Shown: positions 39,970 through 49,999, counted from the first letter of the stretch. The stretch is 64,000 nucleotides of DNA from Flavobacteriaceae bacterium (GCA_964227255.1 CAXQVI010000017.1:5840-69839); one strand, 5' to 3'. Made by a program: numbers and translations. The notes: a model not told the origin generated them from the letters alone.

Positions 39970-41976
39970 ATGACTTTTAAAGACCAAATATTAAAAGGGA
40001 TTCCACAGGAATTGCCTGCAGTAAAATCATACGAACCAAGTATCAATCATGCTCCGAAAAGAAAGGAGATTTTAACGAATGCTGAGAAGGAATTAGCGCT
40101 TAGAAATGCCTTGCGTTATTTCGAACCAAAGCATCACGAGATACTTTTAAAAGAATTTTCTGAAGAATTAGAGACCTACGGTCGAATCTATATGTACCGT
40201 TTCCGTCCAGATTATAAAATGTATGCACGCCCTATAAGCGAATACCCTGGAAAATCGGAGCAAGCAAAAGCCATTATGCTCATGATTCAAAACAACTTGG
40301 ATTACGCAGTTGCACAGCATCCACATGAATTGATCACTTATGGTGGAAACGGAGCGGTTTTCCAAAACTGGGCTCAGTATTTATTAGCTATGAAATATTT
40401 GGCTGAAATGACTGATGAGCAGACTTTGGTAATGTATTCTGGTCACCCGATGGGATTATTCCCTTCACATAAAAATGCACCGAGAGTAGTGGTGACAAAC
40501 GGAATGATGATTCCTAACTATAGCAAGCCAGACGACTGGGAGAAATTTAATGCGCTTGGTGTGACTCAGTACGGACAAATGACGGCGGGAAGTTATATGT
40601 ACATTGGTCCACAAGGAATTGTCCATGGAACAACAATTACAGTATTGAATGCAGGAAGAAAGATTGCTAAAAATGGAGAGGATTTAGCTGGTAAGCTATT
40701 TGTGACTTCAGGTTTAGGTGGAATGAGTGGAGCGCAACCAAAAGCAGGAAATATTGCAGGATGTGTTACGGTTTGTGCTGAAGTAAATCCGAAGATTACT
40801 GAAATTCGTTTATCACAGGGATGGATTGATGAAAAGATAGAAGCTATTGATGAATTAGTTACTCGAGTTAAGGCAGCTAAAGAAGCGAAAGAGGTCGTTT
40901 CAATTGCATACTTAGGAAATATAGTAGATGTTTGGGAAGCTTTTTATGAGCAAGAATTGTACATTGATTTAGGCTCAGACCAGACTTCTTTGCATAACCC
41001 TTGGGCAGGAGGCTATTATCCGGTTTCACTGAGTTTTGAAGAGGCAAATGAAATGATGGCTTCGAACCCAGAGTTGTTCAAGGAAAAAGTTCAGGACAGT
41101 TTACGTCGTCAAACGGCTGCAATCAACAAGCACACTGCTCACGGAACTTATTTCTTCGACTACGGAAATGCCTTCTTATTAGAAGCGAGCAGAGCAGGAG
41201 CGGATATCATGGCAGAAAACGGCATCGATTTCAGATATCCTTCATATGTGCAAGATATTATGGGACCAATGTGTTTCGACTATGGTTTTGGACCATTCCG
41301 ATGGGTTTGTACAAGTGGAACGCCTATTGATTTAGCAATCACAGATGAGATTGCTTGTGAGGTACTTGAAAAATTACGTAAGGAGTCGCCAGAAGAGATT
41401 CAGCAACAAATGGCTGATAATATTAAATGGATCAAAGGAGCTCAGGAAAACAAGTTAGTTGTAGGTTCTCAGGCGCGTATTTTATACGCTGATGCCGATG
41501 GAAGAATGCAGATTGCATCGGCATTTAATGATGCTATTAAATCGGGTCGATTGAGTGCTCCGATAGTATTAGGAAGAGATCACCACGATGTTTCTGGAAC
41601 GGATTCGCCATTCCGTGAAACTTCAAATATTTATGATGGTTCTCGCTTTACGGCAGACATGGCTATTCAGAACGTGATTGGAGATAGTTTCCGAGGAGCA
41701 ACCTGGGTATCAATCCATAATGGTGGTGGAGTCGGATGGGGGGAAGTTATAAACGGGGGATTTGGTATGGTTCTTGATGGTTCTATAGAAGCAGAGCAGC
41801 GATTAAAAAGTATGCTTTTCTGGGATGTGAATAACGGAATTTCCAGAAGAAACTGGGCTCGAAATGAAGGTGCAACTTTCGCTATTAAAAGAGCAATGGA
41901 AGCGGAACCAAAACTAAGAGTAACGTTACCGAATAGTGTTGATGATGCTCTCATGAAAAACATGTTTAACCATTAA
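39970..41976 (+). CDS. hutU: urocanate hydratase (long type)
   Basis: GLGGMSGAQP NAD-binding motif and end-to-end urocanase character. I prefer the ATG at 39970 (MTFKDQILKGIPQELP) to the upstream ATG in the ORF track. Confidence 0.92.
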   Translation: MTFKDQILKGIPQELPAVKSYEPSINHAPKRKEILTNAEKELALRNALRYFEPKHHEILLKEFSEELETYGRIYMYRFRPDYKMYARPISEYPGKSEQAKAIMLMIQNNLDYAVAQHPHELITYGGNGAVFQNWAQYLLAMKYLAEMTDEQTLVMYSGHPMGLFPSHKNAPRVVVTNGMMIPNYSKPDDWEKFNALGVTQYGQMTAGSYMYIGPQGIVHGTTITVLNAGRKIAKNGEDLAGKLFVTSGLGGMSGAQPKAGNIAGCVTVCAEVNPKITEIRLSQGWIDEKIEAIDELVTRVKAAKEAKEVVSIAYLGNIVDVWEAFYEQELYIDLGSDQTSLHNPWAGGYYPVSLSFEEANEMMASNPELFKEKVQDSLRRQTAAINKHTAHGTYFFDYGNAFLLEASRAGADIMAENGIDFRYPSYVQDIMGPMCFDYGFGPFRWVCTSGTPIDLAITDEIACEVLEKLRKESPEEIQQQMADNIKWIKGAQENKLVVGSQARILYADADGRMQIASAFNDAIKSGRLSAPIVLGRDHHDVSGTDSPFRETSNIYDGSRFTADMAIQNVIGDSFRGATWVSIHNGGGVGWGEVINGGFGMVLDGSIEAEQRLKSMLFWDVNNGISRRNWARNEGATFAIKRAMEAEPKLRVTLPNSVDDALMKNMFNH

Positions 41977-41987
41977 AAATTAATTCA

Positions 41988-42533
41988 ATGAAAACCCTAA
42001 AATTACTGTTGCCAATTCTAGGAATATTTCTGTTCAGTGCATGTAGTTCAATTAAAGTAGCTACAGATTATGATACTGCAACTGATTTTACCCAATACAA
42101 AACATTTGCTTTTTACAAAAAGGGAATTGATAAAGTTGAAATTTCTGATTTAGATAAACGCAGAATTTTGAAGGGTATTGAAGCTGAATTGATAGCAAGA
42201 GGATACACGAAATCTGAGAATCCGGATATTTTAGTAAGTATTTTCGCAAAATCTCGTCAGAAAGTTAACGTGTATAATGATAACTTTATGTATGGTTATG
42301 GTTGGTATCCGTATTATTATGGACCAAATTCAGGAGTTCGTGTAGATCAATACACTGAAGGAACCTTGTTTATCGATTTTATCGACGCTGAGAAAAAACA
42401 GTTAGCTTGGCAGGGAATCGGCTCTGGAGCTTTGAATAACTACAAGAGTGTTGAAAAGAAAGAAGCTAAGATCAGGCAATTTGTTGAGGAAATCATGGAG
42501 TTGTATCCAATACAAAAACCTGAAACGAAATAG
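41988..42533 (+). CDS. DUF4136-family lipoprotein
   Basis: Lipobox LFSACSS. VATDYDTATDFTQYKTFAF and GTLFIDFIDAEKKQLAWQG are typical of DUF4136. Confidence 0.7.
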   Translation: MKTLKLLLPILGIFLFSACSSIKVATDYDTATDFTQYKTFAFYKKGIDKVEISDLDKRRILKGIEAELIARGYTKSENPDILVSIFAKSRQKVNVYNDNFMYGYGWYPYYYGPNSGVRVDQYTEGTLFIDFIDAEKKQLAWQGIGSGALNNYKSVEKKEAKIRQFVEEIMELYPIQKPETK

Positions 42534-42558
42534 ATGATTTTATTTAAATCAACCCATG

Positions 42559-42588
42559 GCCCCCGGATTTATTCGGGGGTTTTTATTT
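42559..42588 (+). terminator. intrinsic terminator
   Basis: CCCCCG-gatttatt-CGGGGG followed by TTTTTATTT. Confidence 0.7.
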
Positions 42589-42735
42589 GTATTTACAAAG
42601 GGTTTTAGAAGTCGTTCCAACCAACATCCCGATACAATAGCAGCTCGAAAAGAGTTATGAGGTATTAAATTGTCAATATGATAAATGAAATAAATGAAGC
42701 ATAGGATAATTAAACGCTTTTCCTATTTTTGCCCC

Positions 42736-42906
42736 ATGGATTTCAAACGACCTATACCTTTAGAAGAAGGGGATTATTACACCAACGAACAAGGTTTTCG
42801 TGTGTTTACCGAACAATACCATTTAAAACGCGGGTACTGCTGTAAAAGCGGATGTAAACACTGTCCTTATGGTTATGATAAGAAAACGGATTCGTTTAGA
42901 AAGTAA
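42736..42906 (+). CDS. DUF5522-like small Cys-rich protein
   Basis: FTEQYHLKRGYCCKSGCKHCPYGY motif. The start is uncertain: the ATG at 42736 is preferred, and the ORF track starts at 42694. Confidence 0.55.
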   Translation: MDFKRPIPLEEGDYYTNEQGFRVFTEQYHLKRGYCCKSGCKHCPYGYDKKTDSFRK

Positions 42907-42907
42907 A

Positions 42908-43714
42908 TTAGAAATGACTTTCCAGTCGTATTTGCAATTGTTTGAAATAGTCAAAGGCTAACAACATTCTCGAGCCAAACCAACTGAACATTTCTCCGTC
43001 AGCAAATACAGTTGAGGTTCTGTTCGTGTATTTTCCAATTTCAATGGCGTGCTCATCTTTAAAAGGGAAAGGCTCAGACGACAGCAAAATCACATCAGGG
43101 TCACCTTCATGTCGTATGCGATTGATTTCAACTTTAGGGTAACGACTCATATGACCGTAAATATTGTTGAATTTATTTAGTTTCAACAGTTCATTTATAA
43201 AAGTTTCGCTCCCAGCTACCATCCATGGTTTCGCCCAGATGAAATAGGCTACTTTACGTTCTGGTTTGTCGGCCATAAAGCTGTTAAAATCGTTTAGCCT
43301 GAAATTGATTTTATTGATGAGGTTCGTACTTTCCGTTCTTCTATTGCAAATAAGACCTAGATCTTTAATCAGACTTAGTGAGTCTTCCATAGTTTGCACA
43401 TCTGAAAAGTACGTTGGTGCAATCCCTTCCAGTTCCATCAAAAACTCGTATGAATTCTCCTCTTTATTGCACAGAATGAAATCTGGGTTGAGCTCTTTTA
43501 TTTTATCGAAGTGCACTTTTTTTGTGCCCCCGACAATTTTTTTCGTCGATTTAAAGTGATACGGATGCACGCAAAATTTTGTGATTCCTACAATTTCATT
43601 TTCCAATGCCAGGTCGAATAGTAATTCAGTCTGACTGGGAACTAAAGAAACAATGCGTTTAGGAGGATTTTTAAAGGTGATTTCTCTTCCGATTTGATCC
43701 GTTACAGTTTTCAT
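42908..43714 (-). CDS. BtuF/FhuD-type (cluster A) substrate-binding-protein homologue, no obvious signal peptide
   Basis: PKRIVSLVPSQTELLFDLALENEIVGIT and DVILLSSEPFPF are typical of the cobalamin/siderophore PBP fold. The N-terminus MKTVTDQIGREI is not hydrophobic. Confidence 0.75.
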   Translation of the reverse strand: MKTVTDQIGREITFKNPPKRIVSLVPSQTELLFDLALENEIVGITKFCVHPYHFKSTKKIVGGTKKVHFDKIKELNPDFILCNKEENSYEFLMELEGIAPTYFSDVQTMEDSLSLIKDLGLICNRRTESTNLINKINFRLNDFNSFMADKPERKVAYFIWAKPWMVAGSETFINELLKLNKFNNIYGHMSRYPKVEINRIRHEGDPDVILLSSEPFPFKDEHAIEIGKYTNRTSTVFADGEMFSWFGSRMLLAFDYFKQLQIRLESHF

Positions 43715-43715
43715 A

Positions 43716-44528
43716 TTACCTTAATAATTGAGCCATTTCGGCTTGTAATTTTTTGGCTTCAATCCTTGCTGCTGCAGCGAAGTTTTTGTCATTTCCAGCA
43801 TAGATGATTCCACGACTGGAGTTTATTAAAAGACCACAATTGTCAGTGAGTCCATATTTGCACACATCTTTCAAATTTCCACCTTGAGCTCCAACACCTG
43901 GAACCAATAAGAAATGGTTAGGGACAATCTTTCTGATTTCTTCGAAATACTCAGCTTTGGTCGCGCCAACTACAAACATTAAATTCTCAGAGTTCTTCCA
44001 GGTTTTAGCAGTTTCCAAAACTTTCTGATATAATGGAGCATCTCCGGCCTTTAATCCTTGGAAATCAAGTCCTCCTTTATTCGATGTCAAGGCAAGTAAA
44101 ATGGTTGTTTTATTTTCAAAGCTCAAGAAAGGCTCAACAGAATCACTTCCCATATAAGGAGCTACGGTTACAGAATCAAAATTCATATCCTCAAAAAAGG
44201 CTTTTGCGTACATTGTTGAAGTATTTCCAATATCACCGCGCTTTGCATCAGCTATGGTAAAAACTTCTGGATAATTTTCATTCAAATAGTCGATGGTTTT
44301 CTGAAGTGACTGCCAACCTTTTATTCCGTATGCTTCATAAAAAGCAGTATTCGGTTTATAAGCAACAGCAAACTCGTGTGTGGCATCGATGATTTGTTTG
44401 TTGAATTCAAAAATTGGATCTTTTTCAGTTAGTATATGGGCAGGAATCTTAGTTAAATCAACATCTAATCCAACACATAAAAACGATTTTTTTTCTCTGA
44501 TCTGAGCAATTAGTTCTTGTCTGTTCAT
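43716..44528 (-). CDS. pyrF: orotidine-5'-phosphate decarboxylase (type 2)
   Basis: [21 protein letters not shown] and [11 protein letters not shown] motifs. The ATG at 44528 ([10 protein letters not shown]) is preferred to the TTG at 44552. Confidence 0.9.
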   Translation of the reverse strand: MNRQELIAQIREKKSFLCVGLDVDLTKIPAHILTEKDPIFEFNKQIIDATHEFAVAYKPNTAFYEAYGIKGWQSLQKTIDYLNENYPEVFTIADAKRGDIGNTSTMYAKAFFEDMNFDSVTVAPYMGSDSVEPFLSFENKTTILLALTSNKGGLDFQGLKAGDAPLYQKVLETAKTWKNSENLMFVVGATKAEYFEEIRKIVPNHFLLVPGVGAQGGNLKDVCKYGLTDNCGLLINSSRGIIYAGNDKNFAAAARIEAKKLQAEMAQLLR

Positions 44529-44601
44529 CTCTATAAATAAAGGATGCTGCAAAAGTAGTAATTTTAATAGTTTCGGTTATATTTGTCTCAAACTATCTCA
44601 C

Positions 44602-45678
44602 TTGTTTCAGTACTTTTTAAATAAAATTTTCTATGGAATATTGACACTTTTTGGTGTTGTGACTGTGATATTCTTTTTATTTAATGTGCTTCCGGGAGAT
44701 CCTGCACGTATGATGTTGGATCAACGTGAAGACAGTGAGCAACTTGAGAATATTCGAAAAAAGTACGGTTTCGATAAGTCAATTGGGACCCAATATCTGT
44801 ACTATTTAAATGATTTGTCGGCCATTTCTTTCCACAGTAAAGAAGAAGAAAATTACACCAATTTAAACTCGGATAAATATTCGTATGTTTCATTGATTGA
44901 TGGGAAGTCGTTCGATATTGTTTTAAAAACGCCATACCTCAGAAAATCATTTCAGAAAACAGATAAGAATGTTAGTGAAGTCATAGGAGAGACACTTCCA
45001 AATACGGCCATACTTGCGTTATCATCTATAACATTAGCCATTGTAATTGGAATTTTCTTAGGGGTAGTTTCGGCCTTAAAGAAAGATTCGGCTTTAGATA
45101 AAGGAATTGCAGTGCTAAGTACTATTGGAATGAGTGTGCCTTCTTTTTTCTCCGCGATATTATTTGCCTGGTTTTTCGGATTTGTTTTGCATGAAGTAAC
45201 AGGTCTATCCATGACCGGAAGTCTATATGAAGTCGATGATTTCGGTGAAGGAGTGCATATTCAGTGGAAAAACTTGATATTGCCGTCTATAGTTTTGGGA
45301 ATTCGACCTTTGGCAGTGGTAATTCAGTTGATGCGAAACTCTTTGTTGGAAGAATTGAATCAAGATTATATTAGAACAGCAAAGTCAAAAGGGTTGACCA
45401 TGCCAAGGATTATAAAAAAACATGCCTTAAAAAATGCTTTGAATCCGGTTGTGACAGCAGTGTCAGGGTGGTTCGCTTCCATGTTGGCTGGTGCAGTATT
45501 TGTGGAATATATCTTCAACTGGAATGGGTTGGGCAAAGAAATCGTAAATGCGTTAAACACCTTGGACTTGCCTGTAATTATGGGTAGCGTTTTGGTGATT
45601 GCTTTTATGTTTATCATCATAAATATCATGGTCGATATTGTATATGGAATTTTGGATCCGAAAATTTCATTCAGCTAA
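44602..45678 (+). CDS. ABC transporter permease, DppB/OppB-like (TTG start as in ORF track)
   Basis: N-terminal VVTVIFFLFNVLPGDPARMML and the EAA-type loop region YIRTAKSKGL. There are six TM segments. Confidence 0.85.
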   Translation: MFQYFLNKIFYGILTLFGVVTVIFFLFNVLPGDPARMMLDQREDSEQLENIRKKYGFDKSIGTQYLYYLNDLSAISFHSKEEENYTNLNSDKYSYVSLIDGKSFDIVLKTPYLRKSFQKTDKNVSEVIGETLPNTAILALSSITLAIVIGIFLGVVSALKKDSALDKGIAVLSTIGMSVPSFFSAILFAWFFGFVLHEVTGLSMTGSLYEVDDFGEGVHIQWKNLILPSIVLGIRPLAVVIQLMRNSLLEELNQDYIRTAKSKGLTMPRIIKKHALKNALNPVVTAVSGWFASMLAGAVFVEYIFNWNGLGKEIVNALNTLDLPVIMGSVLVIAFMFIIINIMVDIVYGILDPKISFS

Positions 45679-45796
45679 TATTTAGTATTTTAGAGCCCGA
45701 AAACGATTGCGCATTCTGCTTCAATTTCTTGAAGTTAGAAGACTAATATATCGTAAATTTGAATCATTAATTAAGAATACAAAAGACCATATAAAA

Positions 45797-46555
45797 ATGA
45801 GAAAACAAATAGTAGCAGGAAACTGGAAAATGAATAAAAATATTCAGGAGTCAGTGCAATTAGCAAGTGAAGTTGTAGAAGGTGTAAATAATTTAGAATT
45901 AGACAATACACGTGTTATTTTATCTCCTACGTTTGTGAATTTAAGCGAAGTAGTAAAAGTTACTGGGAATTCATCAGTGGAAGTTTCAGCTCAGAACATG
46001 CACCAGGCAAAAAGCGGAGCATACACTGGAGAGATTTCTGGTGAGATGTTAACTTCATTAGGATTGAAAACAGTGATTTTAGGGCACTCTGAAAGAAGAG
46101 AGTATTTTGGAGAAACTGACGCTTTGTTAGCAGAAAAGGTAAATGCAGCATTAGAAAATGAATTAGAAGTAATTTTCTGTTTTGGAGAATTATTAGAAGA
46201 GAGAAAGAGTGATAATCACTTTAATGTAGTAGAAAGCCAGATTAAAAATGCATTGTTCCACTTAGGAGCTGATCAATGGTCTAAAATTGTTTTAGCATAC
46301 GAGCCAGTGTGGGCAATTGGAACAGGAGAGACCGCTTCAGCAGATCAAGCTCAGGAAATGCACGCATTTATCCGTAAGATTGTTGCTGAGCAATACAATG
46401 CAGAAGTTGCTGAGAATGTTTCTATTCTTTACGGTGGAAGTGTGAAGCCTGCAAATGCAAAAGAGATTTTCGGAAAAGAAGATGTCGACGGTGGATTAAT
46501 TGGAGGAGCTGCGTTAAATTCAGCTGACTTCTTAGCTTTAGTTCAGTCGTTCTAA
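45797..46555 (+). CDS. tpiA: triose-phosphate isomerase
   Basis: AGNWKMN, GHSERR and AYEPVWAIGTG. The ATG at 45797 is preferred to the upstream extension in the ORF track. Confidence 0.95.
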   Translation: MRKQIVAGNWKMNKNIQESVQLASEVVEGVNNLELDNTRVILSPTFVNLSEVVKVTGNSSVEVSAQNMHQAKSGAYTGEISGEMLTSLGLKTVILGHSERREYFGETDALLAEKVNAALENELEVIFCFGELLEERKSDNHFNVVESQIKNALFHLGADQWSKIVLAYEPVWAIGTGETASADQAQEMHAFIRKIVAEQYNAEVAENVSILYGGSVKPANAKEIFGKEDVDGGLIGGAALNSADFLALVQSF

Positions 46556-46633
46556 ACAACTAAAGAAATATTTGGAATACGGTTTTTTTGCAATTGCAGG
46601 AAAACCGTATTTTTGTATCCTGATTTAAGAAAT

Positions 46634-47473
46634 ATGGAGAATAAATATATTGGATATACTTTTAAGGTTCTCCCTAAAGAACCTGGAACCGAAATCTTAA
46701 TCGCTCAACTTGGTTTAGTGAATTTTGAAAGCTTTGTTGAGACTGAAGGAGGTGTTCAGGCCTATATTCAAAAGGAAGATTGGCATGAAAGTATTCTTGA
46801 AGATATCCAAATTTTAAGTTCTGGAGAATTTGAAATTAGTTACGAAGAGGAAGTTATAGAGCAGGTGAACTGGAACAGTGAATGGGAGAAGAACTTTGAG
46901 CAAATTGAAGTCGATGGTAAGGTGAGTATTAGGGCACCATTTCATAAAAATCCTGGATTAGAATTTGATATCGTGATTGAACCAAAAATGAGTTTTGGAA
47001 CGGGTCATCACGAAACGACTCATATGATGATTCAGCAGTTGCTGGATATGAATCTGGAAGGGAAGAAGACCTTAGATATGGGATGCGGAACGGGAATTTT
47101 AGCAATTTTTGCTGAAATGAGAGGTGCGCAACCAATAGATGCTATTGATATTGATAACTGGTGTTATGAAAATACTGTAGAAAACGCGGAGAGAAATGGA
47201 TGTCAGTTTATAAGTTCCTTTGAAGGTGATGCGTCTCTATTGAACGGGAGAACTTATGATGTAATCATAGCGAACATTAACAGAAATATTCTTCTAAACG
47301 ATATGGAAGCCTATATGGAATGTTTGAATGACGGTGGGATCATTTTATTCAGTGGATTCTATAAAGAAGATATTCCAATCATGGATAAAGCGGTTTCAAA
47401 ATATGGTTTAAAATTGGATAGAACTATTGAGCGAAACAATTGGGTTTCTCTCAGGTATATAAATAATTTGTAA
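46634..47473 (+). CDS. prmA: ribosomal protein L11 methyltransferase
   Basis: FGTGHHETT and the SAM motif LDMGCGTGIL. The ATG at 46634 is preferred. Confidence 0.9.
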   Translation: MENKYIGYTFKVLPKEPGTEILIAQLGLVNFESFVETEGGVQAYIQKEDWHESILEDIQILSSGEFEISYEEEVIEQVNWNSEWEKNFEQIEVDGKVSIRAPFHKNPGLEFDIVIEPKMSFGTGHHETTHMMIQQLLDMNLEGKKTLDMGCGTGILAIFAEMRGAQPIDAIDIDNWCYENTVENAERNGCQFISSFEGDASLLNGRTYDVIIANINRNILLNDMEAYMECLNDGGIILFSGFYKEDIPIMDKAVSKYGLKLDRTIERNNWVSLRYINNL

Positions 47474-47486
47474 ATTGATTCTTAGA

Positions 47487-47762
47487 ATGAGTACAGAAAG
47501 AAAGATACAGGAAGAATTTGATGTTGTTGAACAATTGACAAAGCAATATGAAATCGTATTGTTTAATGATGATGTCAATACATTTGATTTTGTAATTGAT
47601 TCGTTAATTGATGTTTGTGAACATACTCTGGAGCAAGCGGAACAATGTACGATTTTAGTTCATTACAAAGGAAAGTGCACCGTTAAAACTGGAGAGTATG
47701 AAGATTTGGAACCGCGTTGTTCTAAATTACTTTCACTTGGTTTATCAGCTGAAATCATATAA
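47487..47762 (+). CDS. clpS: ATP-dependent Clp protease adaptor ClpS
   Basis: YEIVLFNDDVNTFDFVIDSL...AEQCTILVHYKGKCTV is the ClpS core. ATG at 47487. Confidence 0.9.
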   Translation: MSTERKIQEEFDVVEQLTKQYEIVLFNDDVNTFDFVIDSLIDVCEHTLEQAEQCTILVHYKGKCTVKTGEYEDLEPRCSKLLSLGLSAEII

Positions 47763-48087
47763 GAAAGTCAGACGGAAATCCATCTGACTTTCATAAAAGA
47801 GTTATAAACCAAAAGAACATTATGAATTAAAAAAAATGAAAATAACATAACTCTTTAATATTAAGACGTAAAATGTTCATAATTATTACATTAGCCTCGA
47901 TTATTTGAGGTTTTTTTATGATTTATTCTATATAATTTTAACGATTTCACACCATCAAGCTGTCTTTATTTAACATGGATAGTCTTAAATTGTTATTTTG
48001 AGTTAATATGACATAGTAATTGGAAAACTGAGTTGTAAAATGAACGGATATAGTGTCTTACATTTGAAATGTAAAAAATATGTAATT

Positions 48088-48399
48088 ATGAGTATTAGTA
48101 AAAAATTTTTAAAGAGTAAACCAGTTTGTAAAGTGACTTTTACAGTTGGAAAGGGAATGGCTGATGGTGCAGAGCGCGTTGACCTTCTAGGGGAATTTAA
48201 TAATTGGAATACTGCTGAACCAGTTTTAATGAAAAAATTTAAAAATGGAAACTTTAAAGTAACACTGGATTTACCAGTTGAGAAAGAGTTTCAATTCAAA
48301 TATTTAATCAACGGACAAACGTGGGTAAATGATGACGCAGCTGATCAATATGTGAATAGTGGATTAGGTGCTGAAACGAACTCAGTGGTAAGTTTATAG
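48088..48399 (+). CDS. stand-alone CBM48/early-set (glycogen-binding-like) domain protein
   Basis: VDLLGEFNNWN...FKYLINGQTWVND resembles the AMPK-beta/isoamylase N-terminal domain. ATG at 48088. Confidence 0.6.
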   Translation: MSISKKFLKSKPVCKVTFTVGKGMADGAERVDLLGEFNNWNTAEPVLMKKFKNGNFKVTLDLPVEKEFQFKYLINGQTWVNDDAADQYVNSGLGAETNSVVSL

Positions 48400-48440
48400 T
48401 TGAAAAAAATCTTTACATCCCTTTATGAGATGTTAACAAG

Positions 48441-48478
48441 AAAAAAGAGTGCATTTTTTTAAATGCACTCTTTTTTTT
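48441..48478. terminator. bidirectional intrinsic terminator
   Basis: A6-GAGTGCATTT-tttt-AAATGCACTC-T8. Confidence 0.75.
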
Positions 48479-48611
48479 ACTACTAACTAAAAAAATCAAA
48501 AACATTACCCAAAACAGGTTAAGTAATATTATATCTCAAATTTAGAATGAATCCATAACAAATAACATGATAAATATCATGTTATAGATGTTTGTAAATT
48601 AATTGTAGATT

Positions 48612-48815
48612 TTAGTTCAAAGTACGAGTTAAATAAATAGAAATTAGATAGTCATCTGGTTCTATTTTATTCGATAAAGAAAGCTCTAGTTCTTCATTTG
48701 TAAAGAATTCTAATAGCCAGGAACTTAAGTGATAATGCTCTTTCAAAGTTGCAATCAAGTGAGGTCGGTCACATGGTGAAGGAAGGGAAAAATGAGAAGG
48801 ATAATCTTTTTTCAT
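48612..48815 (-). CDS. hypothetical 67-aa protein (weak call)
   Basis: It is the only ORF in a gene-poor region and I recognised no family. It may be a gene remnant. Confidence 0.25.
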   Translation of the reverse strand: MKKDYPSHFSLPSPCDRPHLIATLKEHYHLSSWLLEFFTNEELELSLSNKIEPDDYLISIYLTRTLN

Positions 48816-49154
48816 AGTTTGCGTGTTATTGGTTATGAAAAAATTGTTTGATTTAAACAGCCTGCAGGCCGCTAGAGTAAAGTTAGATATTTCCTGAACA
48901 AAAAGTTTATAAATTGGAAGAATTAAATGAACTACATTTAAAGAAGTTCAAATAACATTAAAAACAGACTAAAAGGAACAGAAATATAAAAAAGACTCTC
49001 AAGTGAATGGAAATCCCTTTTTAGTTTGCTCTTTAGTGTTCTTGACCTATAGCTGCATTCCTTGTAAATATTGAGTTTGTATAGCTTTTAGAAATATATG
49101 TCGACTGATTTATTGACATAGTAAGGTCAGTAAGTATAGATAATTCAAAATTGG

Positions 49155-49195
49155 TATAAAAATAAACCCTTGTAAACTATAAGTTTACAAGGGTT
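49155..49195 (-). terminator. intrinsic terminator after tRNA-Arg
   Basis: Perfect 13-bp stem AACCCTTGTAAAC / GTTTACAAGGGTT with a 5-nt loop, followed on the minus strand by TATTTTTATA. Confidence 0.7.
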
Positions 49196-49220
49196 CGGGC
49201 TGATTTACTATCATTTTTAG

Positions 49221-49294
49221 TGACCTCGACAGGATTCAAACCTGTAACCTCTTGAGCCGTAATCAAGTGCACTATTCAGTTATGCTACGAGGCC
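49221..49294 (-). tRNA. tRNA-Arg (anticodon ACG)
   Basis: Folded by hand as GGCCTCG-TA-GCAT-AACTGAATA-GTGC-A-CTTGA-TTACGGC-TCAAG-AGGTT-ACAGG-TTTGAAT-CCTGT-CGAGGTC-A. It has a 7-bp acceptor stem, a 5-bp anticodon stem with ACG in the loop, and a 5-bp T stem. No CCA is encoded. Confidence 0.9.
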
Positions 49295-49306
49295 GTTTTG
49301 CGGGTG

Positions 49307-49314
49307 CAAATATA
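49307..49314 (-). promoter_or_regulatory. TATATTTG -7 box upstream of tRNA-Arg
   Basis: The reverse complement of CAAATATA matches TAnnTTTG. It lies 13 nt upstream of the tRNA 5' end. Confidence 0.45.
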
Positions 49315-49490
49315 ACACTTTTTGTTAATTTACAAACTATTTTTAGTGACAAAATAACGCCATCCAATAATTATTAATTGCCATTTTTTTGCATTGGCCA
49401 TATCCAATCTTTTTTTTGTGAAACTAGGGAAAAGGATTTTGTTGATTTTAGCTAAAATTTGAAACATAGATTTCTTCATATTTCAAATGT

Positions 49491-49524
49491 AGTAAAAAAT
49501 AAAATCCTACAATTTCTGTAGGAT
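49491..49524 (-). terminator. orphan intrinsic terminator inside the gene-poor region
   Basis: ATCCTACA-gaaat-TGTAGGAT, followed on the minus strand by TTTATTTTTT. There is no annotated gene upstream of it. Confidence 0.5.
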
Positions 49525-49965
49525 CTTCTTCCTTTTCTTTTTCTAATTTTCCCCTTGATTCTTCTCTTACTTTGATCTGTTTTGGGTCGTGTAGAATTAT
49601 TAAAAAATTATTTGGAATAAGGTGATAATAACTTTGATAATTACAATAAATATAGTAGTCATGGGCTTTAATTTTAAAGGGTTAAACAATGATTTTTTAT
49701 GATTTGAAATCAAATTATGTAAAAGCCCAAAACCTGTAAAATTTTTTAAGAGAAATTAATTGTTTTACATATAAAGTGTAATTTTAAAAATCAAAAAACA
49801 TAAAATACGTAATTTAATATCCTACAAATAGCTTATAAATTGTAATTCAAAATACAAATAAATTATAAATAGTGTAATCAAGTAAAGGGTTGATTTTGCA
49901 TTTTTTGTAAAAGTAATGGGAAAAATTTCACTTTTTTGATGATGTTTTTGCGATTTCATCTTTTG

Positions 49966-49999
49966 AATAAAAAAAAGCTTCATTTTTCAATGAAGCTTT
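49966..49999 (-). terminator. intrinsic terminator after second BlaR1-like gene
   Basis: 11-bp stem AAAGCTTCATT / AATGAAGCTTT, followed on the minus strand by T8. Confidence 0.75.
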
